DNA of 64,000 nucleotides from assembly GCA_028534125.1 (NCBI GenBank), contig CM052816.1, forward strand, positions 54,500,001-54,564,000. Reading direction: 5' to 3'. The stretch is from Lama glama. Its lineage: Eukaryota. The translations under genes and the position numbers were made by a program. Below the pieces are notes generated by a model, which ran no database searches, was not told the DNA's origin, and worked only from the letters and a program-made list of their open reading frames with translations. Shown one piece after another: positions 1 to 12,516 of the stretch; the first letter of the stretch is position 1; every line of letters starts with the position of its first letter.

Positions 1-1309
1 TCCTTAACAGATGACACCAGAGTACAAAGAAGAAGACCACAAGGCCACGGGACCACAAGGCCACAGGATCCATGCCGAAAGCTAGAGCTGGCGCAGAAGC
101 CCTGCTTGCAAAACAGCGCAGAGTTCTTACAGTGGGAGTTCACATACCATAAACGAACAAACAATTTTTTATGAGACTATGGTTTATAAATTCCCGACTC
201 AAAGACTGGATGATATTAAGTCTTAATAATTTGCTGGCCAGTTGGGCAGAGACTGGGAAGAGGGGAAAGGAGAGAGGCCAGCTTTTGCAAAACAGCTGCG
301 TACCCAGTCCTTGGGCCAGACCCAAAGAACTGGTGAAAAGAAACTCCTTATTATAGCCTTGTGAGAGTTTTTGTTTTATAAACTGTGACTGGAAAAATTT
401 GTATCAAACTGTTAGTAGTGGTTATTCCAGGGGAAATGAAGACTTTTTGAAAAGTTCCACTATCAACAGTTTTCAGTAGATAACAGCCTCTCTTCAGTCT
501 TCTTTACACTTTCAAAAGCCCTATGATAACACCTTCAATTTAGAAAACACACAGCCTTTGCTAAGTGTCCTTGTCCATTGCTTCAACCAAGTCACGTCAA
601 CACTCTATATAGGAATCCTGTCCTTCAATGAACTAAGCCCAAATCCCCCCAAAGACAAAAGAAGCACAGAGAGAGACCTTCCACTGAGAGGGGAGGGACT
701 GCTGTGCAAGCCACTTCTCCAGCTCCCTCTCTTCCTGAGTTGCTGTGTCTGTTCAGGGTCCTCATAATTTCAGCTCTGACCCTCGTTCCAATTACAAAAT
801 CGAGTTTAGAAGGTATTCTGTCTGCTCTTTCTCTTGGTGTTTACGTGCCTGCCTCATGAGTTAAAATCAATGGCAAATGGCTACTCTGAAAAGTAAGACA
901 GAAATCATTTTAATGTAACTTGCCCATGAGTAAGATTAATGCTCCCTTTTAGCCTGTCTTCTTTATTTGGAACCAAGTATATTTAGTCCTTTGGTCTGGT
1001 TAAAGCAAATATGGAAATCAACTCTTCTTTGTGCAAATAAGTCAATTACTCCTAAGAAGTATTGTACCTGGTTAATAATTCTCTGGGACCCACCTACAGA
1101 CTTGTATCCTAGGAAAGGCAATTTACAAATGAGACCCTTGTGATTTGAAAAAGTGGTTCATTTTCTCTCTACTCATCGGTGAGAGCAGGGCCGCCGCTGA
1201 ATTATTGGGTTGTAATGGGCTGGCTTCCCATTAACTTTAATACTCCTGTATCTGCATTGCTCTCACCAACTAAACACGACCTCACTATTAAAATCAAGAA
1301 TATTCTCAC

Positions 1310-1455
1310 AGGTGATAAATGTGTTCATTATCTTGGTCTCGGTGATCATTCCACCATAGGTATGTATATCGAATCATCACATTGTACACTTTAAATATAT
1401 ACAATTATATCTGTCAATTATTCCTCAATAAAGTTTGGAGAGAAAAAGAAAAAAA
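1310..1455 (+). mobile_element. 5'-truncated L1 3' end (L1MA-like) with A tail
   Basis: Typical L1 3' terminus (...tgtacactttaaatatatacaatt...ctcaataaag + A-rich tail). Imperfect TSD AAGAATATTCTCAC 1296-1309 / AATAATACTCTCAC 1456-1469. Confidence 0.8.
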
Positions 1456-1759
1456 AATAATACTCTCACTAAACCCAACAATGACGTCAAGATGATTTGA
1501 TGGGGAGAAGTGGATGGCTTAATTATATTTCAACATATCATTGGGGAAAAGGAAGAGAAGGAGAAAGAAAGGGAGAGAGAGAGAAGACAGTATTCACAGG
1601 GCACAAAATAGAAAGGGTATTAGCACTGCTAAGACTGCTCAGCTGTTTCCAAGGCTGGAAAACAGAATAAAGGGATTAGAATTTACCAAAGTGTCTAAAC
1701 TATTTTAATATTTAGTAAATAAAGCATTTTAAGTTGGGGGAAGGGGGAGATAGAATATC

Positions 1760-2810
1760 AATAAACAGTATTAGGATAATTTGCTAACATTTTTAAAAAG
1801 TAATTTGGGTAGATTAAAGATTTTAATGTTTTCATTTTAGATTTAATTTTATTTTAATTTTTGATGAAAATTTCAACATTATAAAAATGCCAAAAATTAT
1901 AAATGAATAGTTGCATAATGTTGGGAATAACAGTGTTTTTCTAAGAATAACACCAAAGGCAACGGTGTAAAGAAAAAGACTGATATATTTGACTTCGGTA
2001 AAACTAAAAAAAAATCTTTGTATATTAAAAGTATCCATGATATGAGTCCTTTGTCAGATACACATGTTAAACATATTTTCTCACAGTCTGTGACTTGCCT
2101 TTTCATTTTATTATTTATTTTGAGAACACAATAGCATGGATAAATCTCAAAAACATTATGCTTTGTGAAAAAAAGTATATATTGTAGGATTGCATTTATG
2201 TGATGTTCTAGAATAGGAAAAACTAATCTAAAACAATGGAAATTAGATACATGTAAAATGGCACGAGGAAATTTTTTGGAGTGACAGAAACATTCTATAA
2301 TATTTTGATTGTGGTCATGGCTACATGGGTATATACATTTATCAATGTTTAATTGAATTGTATACTTAAAGTGGGTGCATTTTATTGTATATAAATTATA
2401 CTGCAATTACATTGAAAAAATTTCATTATAAATACCAAAGAAAATGACCACTTCTGAGAATATTTGCAACATGTAAGGCAGACAAATTTGTGAGGTCTTA
2501 ATATACAAAGAATTCTGACAAATCAATAAGAAAAAAATAAACATACTAATAGAAAATTGGAAAAGCAGCCAAAAGAGTAATTCATAAAAGAAATATGAAT
2601 GGCAACTAAGTATGTAAAAGACTTCAACTCTTTAAAAATCAAAGAAGTATAAATTAGAATAACAATATAATTTAGTACTTATATTGATTTTTTAAAATTA
2701 AATACTTGGATATGGTGAGGGCTAGGAGAAAAAGACATTTTCAGATCTCTAGTGGAGTGTACTATCGTCATAGAAGAAAAACTGTCACTGTATACCCAAA
2801 GCCCTTTTCC
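1760..2810. mobile_element. Cluster of old L1M fragments in mixed orientation, including an L1MC/MD-like 3' end at about 2125-2420
   Basis: Recognisable L1 ORF2-end and 3'UTR phrases (catggataaatctcaaaaacattatg, gaatatttgcaacatg, tcctttgtcagatacacatg) in AT-rich sequence. Confidence 0.7.
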
Positions 2811-3859
2811 TATAACAGGATGTCTAGATCCAGGGACTATGGGTGGGCGTGCCAACCCATGATGGCTGGAGAACAAGGGGCACCCCTGTCACCAGTCTTA
2901 GGATGGAGTCATCTGATGGACCAGCTAGGCTACATCCTCTCCCCTGAGCATATGCAACTGAGTCGCACTCAGACCAAATAGCGTAGGGAAGGCCTTCCCA
3001 AGAGGAGGAACAATGGACGGGCTAAAAAGATACAGATTTGACTTCAGGAGACAAGCAGGCATTCTCTTACCTCCATGCTCAGACTCTCCAACCTTGTCCT
3101 GCTGGGGCCACTTTCCTGTGTTACGAAATGAATAAGCTGTCAAGTGAGTCAACTCAAGTCTCACATGATGCTTGCCATTCCATCATTCCCCAGAGGGGAC
3201 CAGGAGGGATGGTGCCTCCTTCTTGACTGTAGTGGGATCTGTCTTCCCTTCCAGGTGATGTGTGGGGGAAGAAAAAGAGTAGGAAGAGGCCACTCCTAAA
3301 GGAGTCCCAGAAAAGGCTTATTTCAACCTAAAAATATGCATATGTATAAAATGAGTCTGCTATGGGTGTCAGCAGAGGAGTTAGTAAAGGCATTCCACCC
3401 ATCAGCCATCCATTCCAGGCTCCAGCCACAGGAGCTCAGGGCGAAAGCATCGACCAGATGCCTTTTTTCAGTCCATACTAATCACTCTTTTCTTTAATTC
3501 CCTGCTGCAGTTTGCATCAGTCCTCTAGTGACCTCCAAGTTGTTCTTGCATTGTTTCAAGGAATTCAGCATGTCTCCTTAACTAGCAGGGAAACCACAAG
3601 TCAAATCCTAGCTCCTCCTTTAAGCCTCCCTTGATTACCCTAGTCTGGGATGATCTCTCTCCTTATCCCTACCATTTGTATCAGCAATAATCACATTCTG
3701 GTTTCTGGCAGATTTCCTTTTGTTGCCTCGAATTACTTTATATTTTTAGCATCAAGGTCTACTCTTTGTGTACTCACATCTTTCCTCCCCCCAGATATAC
3801 CTGACATTTCTTTACCTCCCCAGCTGCACGCAGCACCCCGTGCTAGCCAGCATAGCCTA

Positions 3860-4090
3860 GTGGCTCAGAAGTCAGATACCTGGATGTGGATTTCAACTCC
3901 CCTACTTACTAGCCGCAGGACCTTAACACATTACTGTGTGTCTTCTTAATCTATAAAATGAGGACAAAAGTGGCACCGCTTCACTGGGCTGTAGTGAGGG
4001 CTGAGACAAAGGCACGGCAAGGGTTTAGCAAAGTGCCTGATGGGGTCTAAGTGCTCGGTAAACGTCAGCTATTAGTATGTAAGTGCTTAG
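3860..4090 (+). mobile_element. MIR SINE (representative; further MIRs at about 7200-7580, 10540-10760, 11370-11610, 34740-34930, 38600-38830, 40040-40200, 55330-55830, 59950-60160, 61090-61360 and 63570-63930)
   Basis: MIR core phrases (cttactagc..accttaac..tctataaaatgagga..gtgaggg..ttagcaaagtgcctg). Confidence 0.7.
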
Positions 4091-4309
4091 TCAATACCTG
4101 CTAATTGAATGGCTCTAATGGGGACAGATGTTAGGTAAATAGAGGGCTGCTCTAGCTTGGTGTGAACCCCACGCTGTCCTGAAAAGAAGCAGCAGAAACC
4201 TGAAGACTTTGTGTAACAGGTTCTGCAGGCGGGTCAGATCTCAGGGGTACCTCAGGTTCTGGTGGAGGAAGATGAAATGCGGGGAAGGGGAAGCAGAACT
4301 GAGGTTTTT

Positions 4310-5230
4310 AAATTGGGCAAAGGACCCAAACAGACATGACTCCAAATACATACAAGAAGCCAGTAAGCACATGCAAATATACTCAATACCATTAACTACG
4401 GGGAGATGCAAATCAGAACAGCAGTGAGTTACTGCTTCACACCCCTGTGAATGAAAATACTGCAGGCCAGATCAGTAAACAAAGACTGCTGAAGCCATCA
4501 AGTCCTCAGCCACTGCCGCCACCCCGCCACAGTGAGCTCAGGGTGCAGACACGCAGGCAGCCTGGCCTCTGAAGCCACCCACGATGGTGACCTCTGAGGG
4601 GACTCAGAATGGGAAAGGATAGGGTTCTGGCCCTAGATGGCTGGGTGCTTGTCAAAGGAATGATTTCAATGAGCTCAGATGTTTGCCCCTTCCCATATGA
4701 CACAGAAAAGCGCTAAATTCTTTAACTTGCGATGTCTGGTTTTCTTTAACAGGAATCTTAAATGTTCTGACTACCTGGTCTTTGTTGTAAAACTCCTGTA
4801 TATCCTAGTTCCTCCCCTACCTCTTCAGAGCCGTCCCTCAGAGAGATTGAGAGGCTGTCATCCCAGGCTCGACGGGGTTCGAGTCCCCAGAAATGTCCGC
4901 CAAATAAAACGTAGCTCTCAACTTTCAGAGTGCGCATGTCCTACAGTCGACACCCCCTAAGGTGGCTATCGGAAAAAAACAAAAACAAAAACAAAAACAG
5001 ATAATAACAAGTGTTGGTGAGGACAGAGAGGAGCCAGAACCCTCATACACTGCTGGTGCAGCCACTTCGGAAAACAGTCTGGCAGCTCCTCAAACAGTTA
5101 AACACAGAGTTACCATATGAGCCAGCAGTTTCACTTCTAGGTCTGTACCCAAGAGAAATGATAACATATGTTCACACAAAAAGTTGTACTAAATGTTTTT
5201 AGCAACATTCTTCATAATACCCAAAAAAGA
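4310..5230 (+). mobile_element. L1 (L1MB-like) ORF2-end fragment split by the solo LTR
   Basis: aattgggcaaaggac...gagatgcaaatc...cttcacacccc | aacaagtgttggtgagg...aaacacagagttaccatatga. Track ORF 5011 reads like the L1 ORF2 C-terminus (QPLRKTVWQLLKQLNTELPYEPA). Confidence 0.85.
4446..4952 (+). mobile_element. Solo ERV1-class LTR (507 bp) inserted into an L1 fragment
   Basis: TG...CA ends, 4-bp TSD CCCC (4442-45/4953-56), TATA-like sequence at about 4798 and AATAAA at 4903. The L1 sequence resumes in register on both sides. Confidence 0.85.
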
Positions 5231-5306
5231 AGTTATTAGAATATTAATTCAATCAACAAATATTTATTGAGTGCCTAATTATGAGCTGGGAAAATAAGAT
5301 ATTTCT

Positions 5307-5460
5307 GGAGGGATGGTATAGCTCAGCAATAAAGTGTGTGCTTAGCATCCACGAGGTCCTTGGGTTCAGTCCCCCGTACCTCCATTAAAATACACTAATT
5401 AACCTTTAAAAATAATAAATAAATTTAAACACTTTTCCTTCCAAGAAAGAAAAAAAAAGA
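5307..5460 (+). mobile_element. tRNA-derived SINE, camelid vic-1-like
   Basis: ggtatagctcag A box, cttagcat anticodon-arm remnant, gggttcagtccc B box, acctccattaaaa and an A-rich tail. Homologous to the copy at about 38.4 kb. Confidence 0.8.
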
Positions 5461-8175
5461 ATAAATTTCTTTTCTTAGAGTTAATTGAGAGCGCAATATC
5501 TAGTGTGTGTCCTCTCCTCTCCGGATCTATCCATCACGCTGGTACAGTTCAAGCCTCAGTGGCTTCTGGCCTGAATCCTCATTGCCTCTTGACTAGGCTT
5601 CATGCCCACCCTGCTGTTTTCTTTAGCAATCTGTACTGAGCAGAGTTGGTCAGGTGAGTTTTCTAAAATACCTGAATACTCTGTTCCCTTTCTGAAAATC
5701 TTCAGCGGCTCCCCACTGCCGGGGCATTCTGTCCTTCCTGGAGCTCCATGCTCATGTGTCTCCCATTTCCAAGTGTATTTAGGACACTCTGGATCTTTAC
5801 CTAGCAAATTTCTTCTCCCCCTTTAAAAACCAGCTCAAGTACCAGCTCCCCTGGCAACCTTCCACACCCATCAGACCCCACCCAGAAACACAGAAATGAC
5901 TTTCTGTATTCATGTGGAGTGAATTTAGAGTAGGGGATTGCAGTGATGGAAAACACTGAGTCATCCACCAGGGGAGAGTGAGACAAACCAGACATTTGCA
6001 CCAGCAAGAAGCTGCTACTGCTCTGAGGCTGGGGTGGGGGCTGGGGGGCAATCAGAGGAAATAACCAGAGCCCAGAGGCTGTGATCACCCTGTAGAAGCT
6101 GTACCCCAGTGGGCCTGTCCAGCAGGCGGTGGAGTCATGGCTGAGACCCAGCTGCTGTGAAGAAAAGAGAGACACGCTGAATTGCTCTCTGCTACCCTCC
6201 AGTCTACTACCACTGTCTCCCACTGGAGGAACCAACCAGCCAACACTAAGCCTGCAGGGGCTCCTGCTGTCGCCCCCAACCCAACGGAGGGCAGAGGGCA
6301 AGACGTGGATGGAGGGCTCCTCTTCCCAACAGGCAGACTGTCAGTGTCTCTCCCCTGCTCCTCTCTGATCCCATCTCTTTTATAATCCTGGTCCCACTAG
6401 GCTGTGAGTTCTGCTTACAAGTCTGTTTCCCTTAATAGACTGTAGAGCTCGACTGAGTAAGACAACGGTCTGATTCATCTTGGCGTCCTGAGCTCCTGGC
6501 ACAATTCACAGGACGTAATTGGCATCTTATCTTTGCTGGATATCTGCTGAGAGGAAACTCCTAGAGTCACCTCCAGCCAGCCCCCCTTTTCCATCTCCTG
6601 GTTTGATTCACCTACAATGACTGAACTCGCACCACTAAAGAATAAACAAGGAAGAGTTTGGGGTCCACTCATCTCTCTGGGTTGATACCGGTTTGAATAC
6701 TCCCAACAGCAAGTCACAGTTATTATTCCCCCCGAGAGCACCATCAACCTAACAACCTTCTACCCTCCCACAGCTACGTGAAAATTACCCAGGAAAACTC
6801 CCCCAGATCTCAAGATATCTTCCCTCTACCACCCAAGATGTTTCCAGGCCACCTCTCCCTGCTGTTAATCAGTGTGTGCTCAGGGTTAACAAGCTAATTT
6901 TAAAATCAGCTTAAGCAAAACATAATCAGGAAGCTAAATTAGCTGCCCCCATCACCAAACTGCATAATGAGTGCCCAAGGAGAAGTTACTTCATTGTCCA
7001 CTATTTTGATTAGCGATGTAACGTCGTTTCTTCCACCCTTGCAGATGGTACTCATGAATGTAGAGGGAAATACCACAGAACCTAACTTCTGACCTTGACT
7101 GCCTGTACAATGGTTACTAGAGCAGAAAAATGGGCTGTTCTTGCTTTTCTTCTCTTGAATTTATGACACCAGCCTAGCTGTGTTATAACAAGGGGGAGTA
7201 GAGCACAAGACCCCTCTAATTATAGTCAGACAATCAGGGTCCAACTCTTGGTTCTGGTTCACTGCTGGACAATCACAGGCAACTTAAGTAGCCTCTGAGA
7301 AGTCAGGTTCTTCACACATACAACGAGGATGAGGATGACACTGACCTCCACGGCAATGAGAGCCAACACATGCTTACTATCTGGTTTCAAGCAATTCGTG
7401 TGAATCAACTTCTTGAAGCTTTACCACCATTTCATGAATTACCTACTACTATTTTCATTTTACACACAAGGAAACGAGCACAGAGAAATTAAGTAACTTG
7501 CTCAAAGGATTGTAAAACTTGAGTGTGATTTTTACATTGAAATCATTAAGTGCCTGACTGAAACATCGTAGGTGCTCAATTAATGTTTTCCTTTACGAAA
7601 CCCCCTCCCTTCTTGCCAAATTAACTAATCTTTATAGAAAGGGATTTAAAAAAAAAATGAAGCTATTTGTTCACTCCCAGCTCTGCACTCATCGTCCTCT
7701 GTCAAGAAGGAAACAGCAGACTGTATCAGCAGCCCCAAGCCAGCTGCCTATGAGCTGGACCTGGCCTGCAGCTACACTCCGTTACATTGCACAATGTTTA
7801 CCTTTTTATTAAATAGTTGCCAATATTTAAAAACCAGTAGAATTCTTTGTCTCTCTCCCTCTCACACACACACATATGCACATTTCAGGGTTTTCTTGGA
7901 AAATGCACCCACCTGGCTCCAAGGGCTCTCATTTCCACAGGTCAACATTCATCTCAAGTTGAGCACGGCCACTTCCTTTTACAAGGGACAAATATTCCCC
8001 AATTTGCCACAGAACCTATTTCTCACAGCTTCACGCAGAAAGGTGGGTCTACAACTTCTGGACTTAACTTCCTCCCACCGTGAAGAGTCTTTGAGTCCCT
8101 GACACCTGAAAGCATCTCCCAGAGGAAGCAGCCGCTGTCGTGCACCACACCTTTCCACTGAATGTTGTTGTCACA

Positions 8176-8276
8176 TAAGGTGACCAATTCATCCCAGTTT
8201 AACCAGGACTTCCTTCTTTTTAGGCTGGAAGTCCTGCATCTGAAGAAAGTCCCAGGCCAACCAGGTTGGTCATTCA
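8176..8276. mobile_element. hAT-Blackjack MITE (MER81/MER94-like)
   Basis: Ends aggtgaccaa...ttggtca with internal cccagttt..ggact / gtccc..aaccagg symmetry typical of this family. Confidence 0.6.
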
Positions 8277-9117
8277 CTGTGTCATGTCACAAGCTCACCC
8301 CTACAGTGGCCCCTCCTATCTGGGAGATGAGAACGCTGGACTGCATGCTCGTGCTCCTGAGTCTCCTTGGGCACCTCTGCAGTGTTAGAAGAGCCACGGG
8401 GGCCATCGGCAATTCTGGTCAACGGCAAGGAAGGTCGGGAAAGAGCCAAGATTCCACCTGGCCTCCCATTTTGAACAATATGAAAGTTTTAACTTTGGGG
8501 TTTTTTTTTTTTGACCCAAGGAATATATGTAACAATTCAATTTTTCAATTACAACACGTTTCTTTCTTAGTTAAAAAAAACAGCTTTATGGCTACAATCC
8601 ATATCAATATCAAATCTGGCTCTTCTGCAGATGGATTAGAAATTCAAGTCAAATCCACCCAAATAATAGCGCTAGGGTTGAGAAAAGAGAGACCAACCTT
8701 ATTAGCAAATGGACAACATTTTATTAAACAAAGTGCAACTGGATTCAGAGGCCCAGGTGCTAAAGCCAGAAGCAGAAAAATGAACAAATGAATGAATGAA
8801 TGAATAGACGGCCCAATATCTGCCTGCCTCCCCACAAAAGGGCTGTATATTGCCTCAATGAAGGAAGTAACTGCTTTATAACAAAATTAAATAAGGGACA
8901 CTAGTAGAGTATGTCATTCATTCATTCAGTGCACAAATAAGAGTACCTACTATGTGCTAGCACTATTACAAATAATGAAAGAGGGAGATACTTGGGAAGT
9001 CCAACATATTTACTGATATTTAAAATGATCTTTATTTTATTTTTTCTGATTATAAAATAATAAATTGCTTTTTATAATCCTGAAGTTAAAAAAAGGAATA
9101 AAAGCCATCCTTTAAGC

Positions 9118-9334
9118 CAGGCTTTCTCAACCTCGGCACTTTTGACACTTGGGGGTGGGTAATTTTTTGCTGTGGGCACTGCCCGGTGCACTGTAGGATG
9201 TTTGGCAGCGTCCCTGGCCTCTACCCACTAGAAGCCACCAGCATTCCCCCACCTCCAATCATTAATACCAAAAATGCTGTAGGCTTAGTAAATGCCCCGC
9301 CCTGGGCAAAATCACCTCAGATTGAGAACCACTG
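9118..9334 (+). mobile_element. MER20 (hAT-Charlie) non-autonomous DNA transposon
   Basis: CAG..ttctcaa / ttgagaaccaCTG TIRs, MER20 core gcactgtaggatgtttggcagcgtccctggcctctacccactag, and a perfect 8-bp TSD CTTTAAGC at 9110-17 and 9335-42. Confidence 0.92.
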
Positions 9335-11789
9335 CTTTAAGCAATCCACTTTGCTACACAAAGGGGCCTCAGAGGTGAGCCTATGGAGAGACCCCCTTTT
9401 TCCTCCAGGCAAATAAGCAGGAGATTTCCTCCTGGAAGAGCCCTGGTACTCCCCCCGCCCCGATGCCCAGACACCAGACCCCAGAGAAAGGCAGTGCCGT
9501 TCCGGGTCCGGCTGGGGGGACAGGGCAGAGGTGGGGCTGGGCAGTCTTGGGCTCCGCTAAGGGGATCAGTGAGCTTCTGGAGCTTACGCTGTGTGCGTCA
9601 CGGAGGCTGATCCAGGCCGTGCCCCAGGCCTGCACTCCTCCAAATGAGCTTTGCTAACAACCCTGAAAGAAAAGCTTCCCCTGTGCAAGGCTTAGGCACC
9701 CACATGTAAGTCTAGCAGTCTGAGGCTGCTGGAAACCGGGAGGATTAAATCGTGCCTGTCCATCTTGAGCACCGTTGTGAGAGAGTCCCCGAAGCTGGGA
9801 GCAGACACGCCTGCCTGCCTGCCGGCGCCCTGCTGTAGAGACCATACAAAGGGTCCATTGTGTACAACCTCATCTAAGACAGAACCAACCAACCTGCCTG
9901 GCTGTTCAGCCCCAACCTGGGCTGCTTCTTCACAGCAAACCCCAGTCGTATAGAAATCATTTTCAGTTGGGAGAAAATGTCAGCGGGAGCCCAAGTCAGG
10001 CACAACGTTTACAGGTACCTTAACCTGGGTCCTGGCTGCTTGAGACACAAGGGAAACTAGTCTTTAGTGTTACCACCGGGGGACTCAGACTCGGGTTCCT
10101 AATACCAGGAAGGGGAGCCGGAAGAAGAGGGAGAGGGGGAGAGAATCCAGCTTCTGCTTTCATCTATTCATTTGCTAAGCACTTGTGGAGTCCCTGCTAT
10201 ATGTGTCTGGGGAGAACTTAGTTTCAGATGGAAACTTTCAAGGTTCACAAAATCAAAAGCTCCCGGAGCCTGGCAGTAACATAAATGAAGAGACCATGTT
10301 TATACCGCACCTAAAGGGGGCGCCACCCCCAGCTCCAGCTGCCTGTTGCCAAAATTACCTATAAGCCAGTTTTGTCAGATCTTCTGGATTTTCATGAGAA
10401 AATGGAAAACAGGATTTCTATGTAACTTCTTTTCATTTTTAAGCATAGGCTGAAATTATCAAATAAAAACCAAACCAAAAATTCCTATATGGACAAAACT
10501 GACCCAGTCTCTGAGCCTTCAAACCGTAACTTTGGTTTTAGAGATGGTAGAGAGAAGTGGTTAAGAGTGAGGTACCTGGAAAGGGTAAGAAGGGTGCCTG
10601 GTTCTACCTCTTACTTGCTGTGTGACTGTGGGCAAGTGTCCTAACCTCACTGTGCCTTGCTTTCCTCATGTATAAAACGAAAATGTAAACTATCTTGCAG
10701 ACTTAAAAGAGAGAACACATGTCCGTGACTGATTTATAACAGCTTAACAGATGTGAGCTATCATTTTTACACATCATCTGGTCTACTCTCCCAGGAATCT
10801 CCATATAACAGTCTTTGCAGTTGAACGTTTGATCACTGCTTAAGTGCTTCCTGAGACAGGAAGCTCATGGCTCCTTAGGGAATGCCAGTTGTATAACAAT
10901 CCCCAAATCTCAGGGGCCTGATCCAACGTATATTCACGTATTGCTCAGGTCCCAGTCCAATGTGATCCACACATAGGGTGCTCTATCCCACCCCATGCCT
11001 GGTGGATCCATGCACCTTCCATGTGGTGGCCCTGCTATCTCCCAGGATCTTCCCAGAGTCATCTTCTGGGTTCTCTGTTTTCAGCCCACTAAGAGAGGTG
11101 GGGGTGGGGAGAGAGGGAGAGAGAGAGATTGAGAGAGTATCAGGTACATCACATCCGCACATTCCCATCTGCCAGGCCCTGGCACAAGGCGCCAATTTCA
11201 TTGTAAAAGAAGCAGGAACATGAACTGTTTGTCTGTGTCCAGGAAGAGAAAGCAGCGTCGGTGAACATCTAAACAACCTCTGCCATGCTCTGCATTCACA
11301 TAAACACAATCCTGCAGACTCAGAATGTCTGCCTATTGGTCCCTGTCTTGCCCTTCAGTGCAACACACACAGGACAGCAGGAAGACACAAGCCTGGGCAC
11401 AAGTAGGTTTGGATCTTAATCTCAGTTCAAACACTTGCTAGCTTTGGACCTTGGGCAAATTATTTAAATTCTCTGTGGCTTCAATTTACTCATTTGAAAG
11501 ATAAAGACAGTAATTACTTCCCTTGGTTGCTTTAAGGATGGAGTAAGATAATGTATGTGTTGGCAGGTTGCATAATATCTGACACATTACTTAGAAGGTG
11601 CTCAATTAATGCTGGTGTCTCCCCTGGTCCTTTTCTACATGGATGCTTTTCAGCTATTTAAAAATGACTATAATTATTTCTGTAAGTTTTCCCTTCTCCC
11701 AGTGTCCTCAGCTATTTTCATTGTTTTTATATGATATTATTGCCAGCCCCCTCACTCTCCTGATGGCTGTTCCATAGACATACCTCAGT

Positions 11790-12300
11790 GTGTCAAGGAA
11801 CCAAACAGGATGCCTGCCTTAGTTAAAGTCTGTCTGAAAACAGACCCTGAGATAGGACTTTGGTGCAGACAATTTGGGGGAGAAGTTATCTTAGGAAACA
11901 GAAGTGAAGGAAATAGGGAAGGGAGAAGAATCAACAAAGGAGTGGGTTACAGCTGTGAGCAACTGGGGTTCAATCCCATGGGGGGCTCTGAGAAACCATG
12001 TAGAAGATACCTTAGAAAAGCCCCACATTCTGTGTCCTGCAGGATGGGAAGGCGGGGCATTTATCTATGAAATTCTGTTCTCAGTCATTCCTGCCTCCAA
12101 TCTAGGGATGTTCGCTGTCTTGAAATCATGGGCTGTGTCTACATGTAGCTGAGCAGGCTTTCCAGACTTCTAGAAAGCAAAAGTAAGAGACACTGTGCTG
12201 TGAGCTTGAACGGGTACCGGCAAAATACATGGCAGTGTTCACCAGGGCTACCCTGAAATTTGGTGGCTGAAGGGTGTCGTCCAGTACATCATAAGCTCTG
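11790..12300 (-). mobile_element. Old ERV-L LTR (LTR33-like)
   Basis: aaacagaccctgagataggactt...gcaactggggttcaatcccatgg resembles recalled LTR33-family sequence. Confidence 0.5.
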
Positions 12301-12516
12301 CTCTGGTGCCTCTAGTAAAAATGTCTGGAAGAATCCACCCTCCATGTTCATAAAGACTGTATCTGGGTGTAGGGATCATAGTGATAATTTTATCTTTTCA
12401 ATTTGTTTTGTTTGCTTCCCCTAAGAACATGTGATGGCCAAGAATAAATACTATGATCCAAGGTAGGGTCCGACCAGGGCAGAGAAAAAGATATAATAGC
12501 TCATTAAAAGTAGACT

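Noticed and set aside
5307..5385. tRNA gene candidates here and at about 38385-38460
   Set aside because: They are degenerate tRNA-like heads followed by SINE tails and imperfect TSDs, so they are SINEs and not tRNA genes.
8162..8791. 209-aa ORF
   Set aside because: It runs through a Blackjack MITE and T/A homopolymers, has no recognisable domain, and is probably a chance ORF.
10308..10325. CTCF-like motif CCTAAAGGGGGCGC; weaker ones at about 30246 and 31737
   Set aside because: Three mismatches in the 5' half of the core, which is too weak to call without data.
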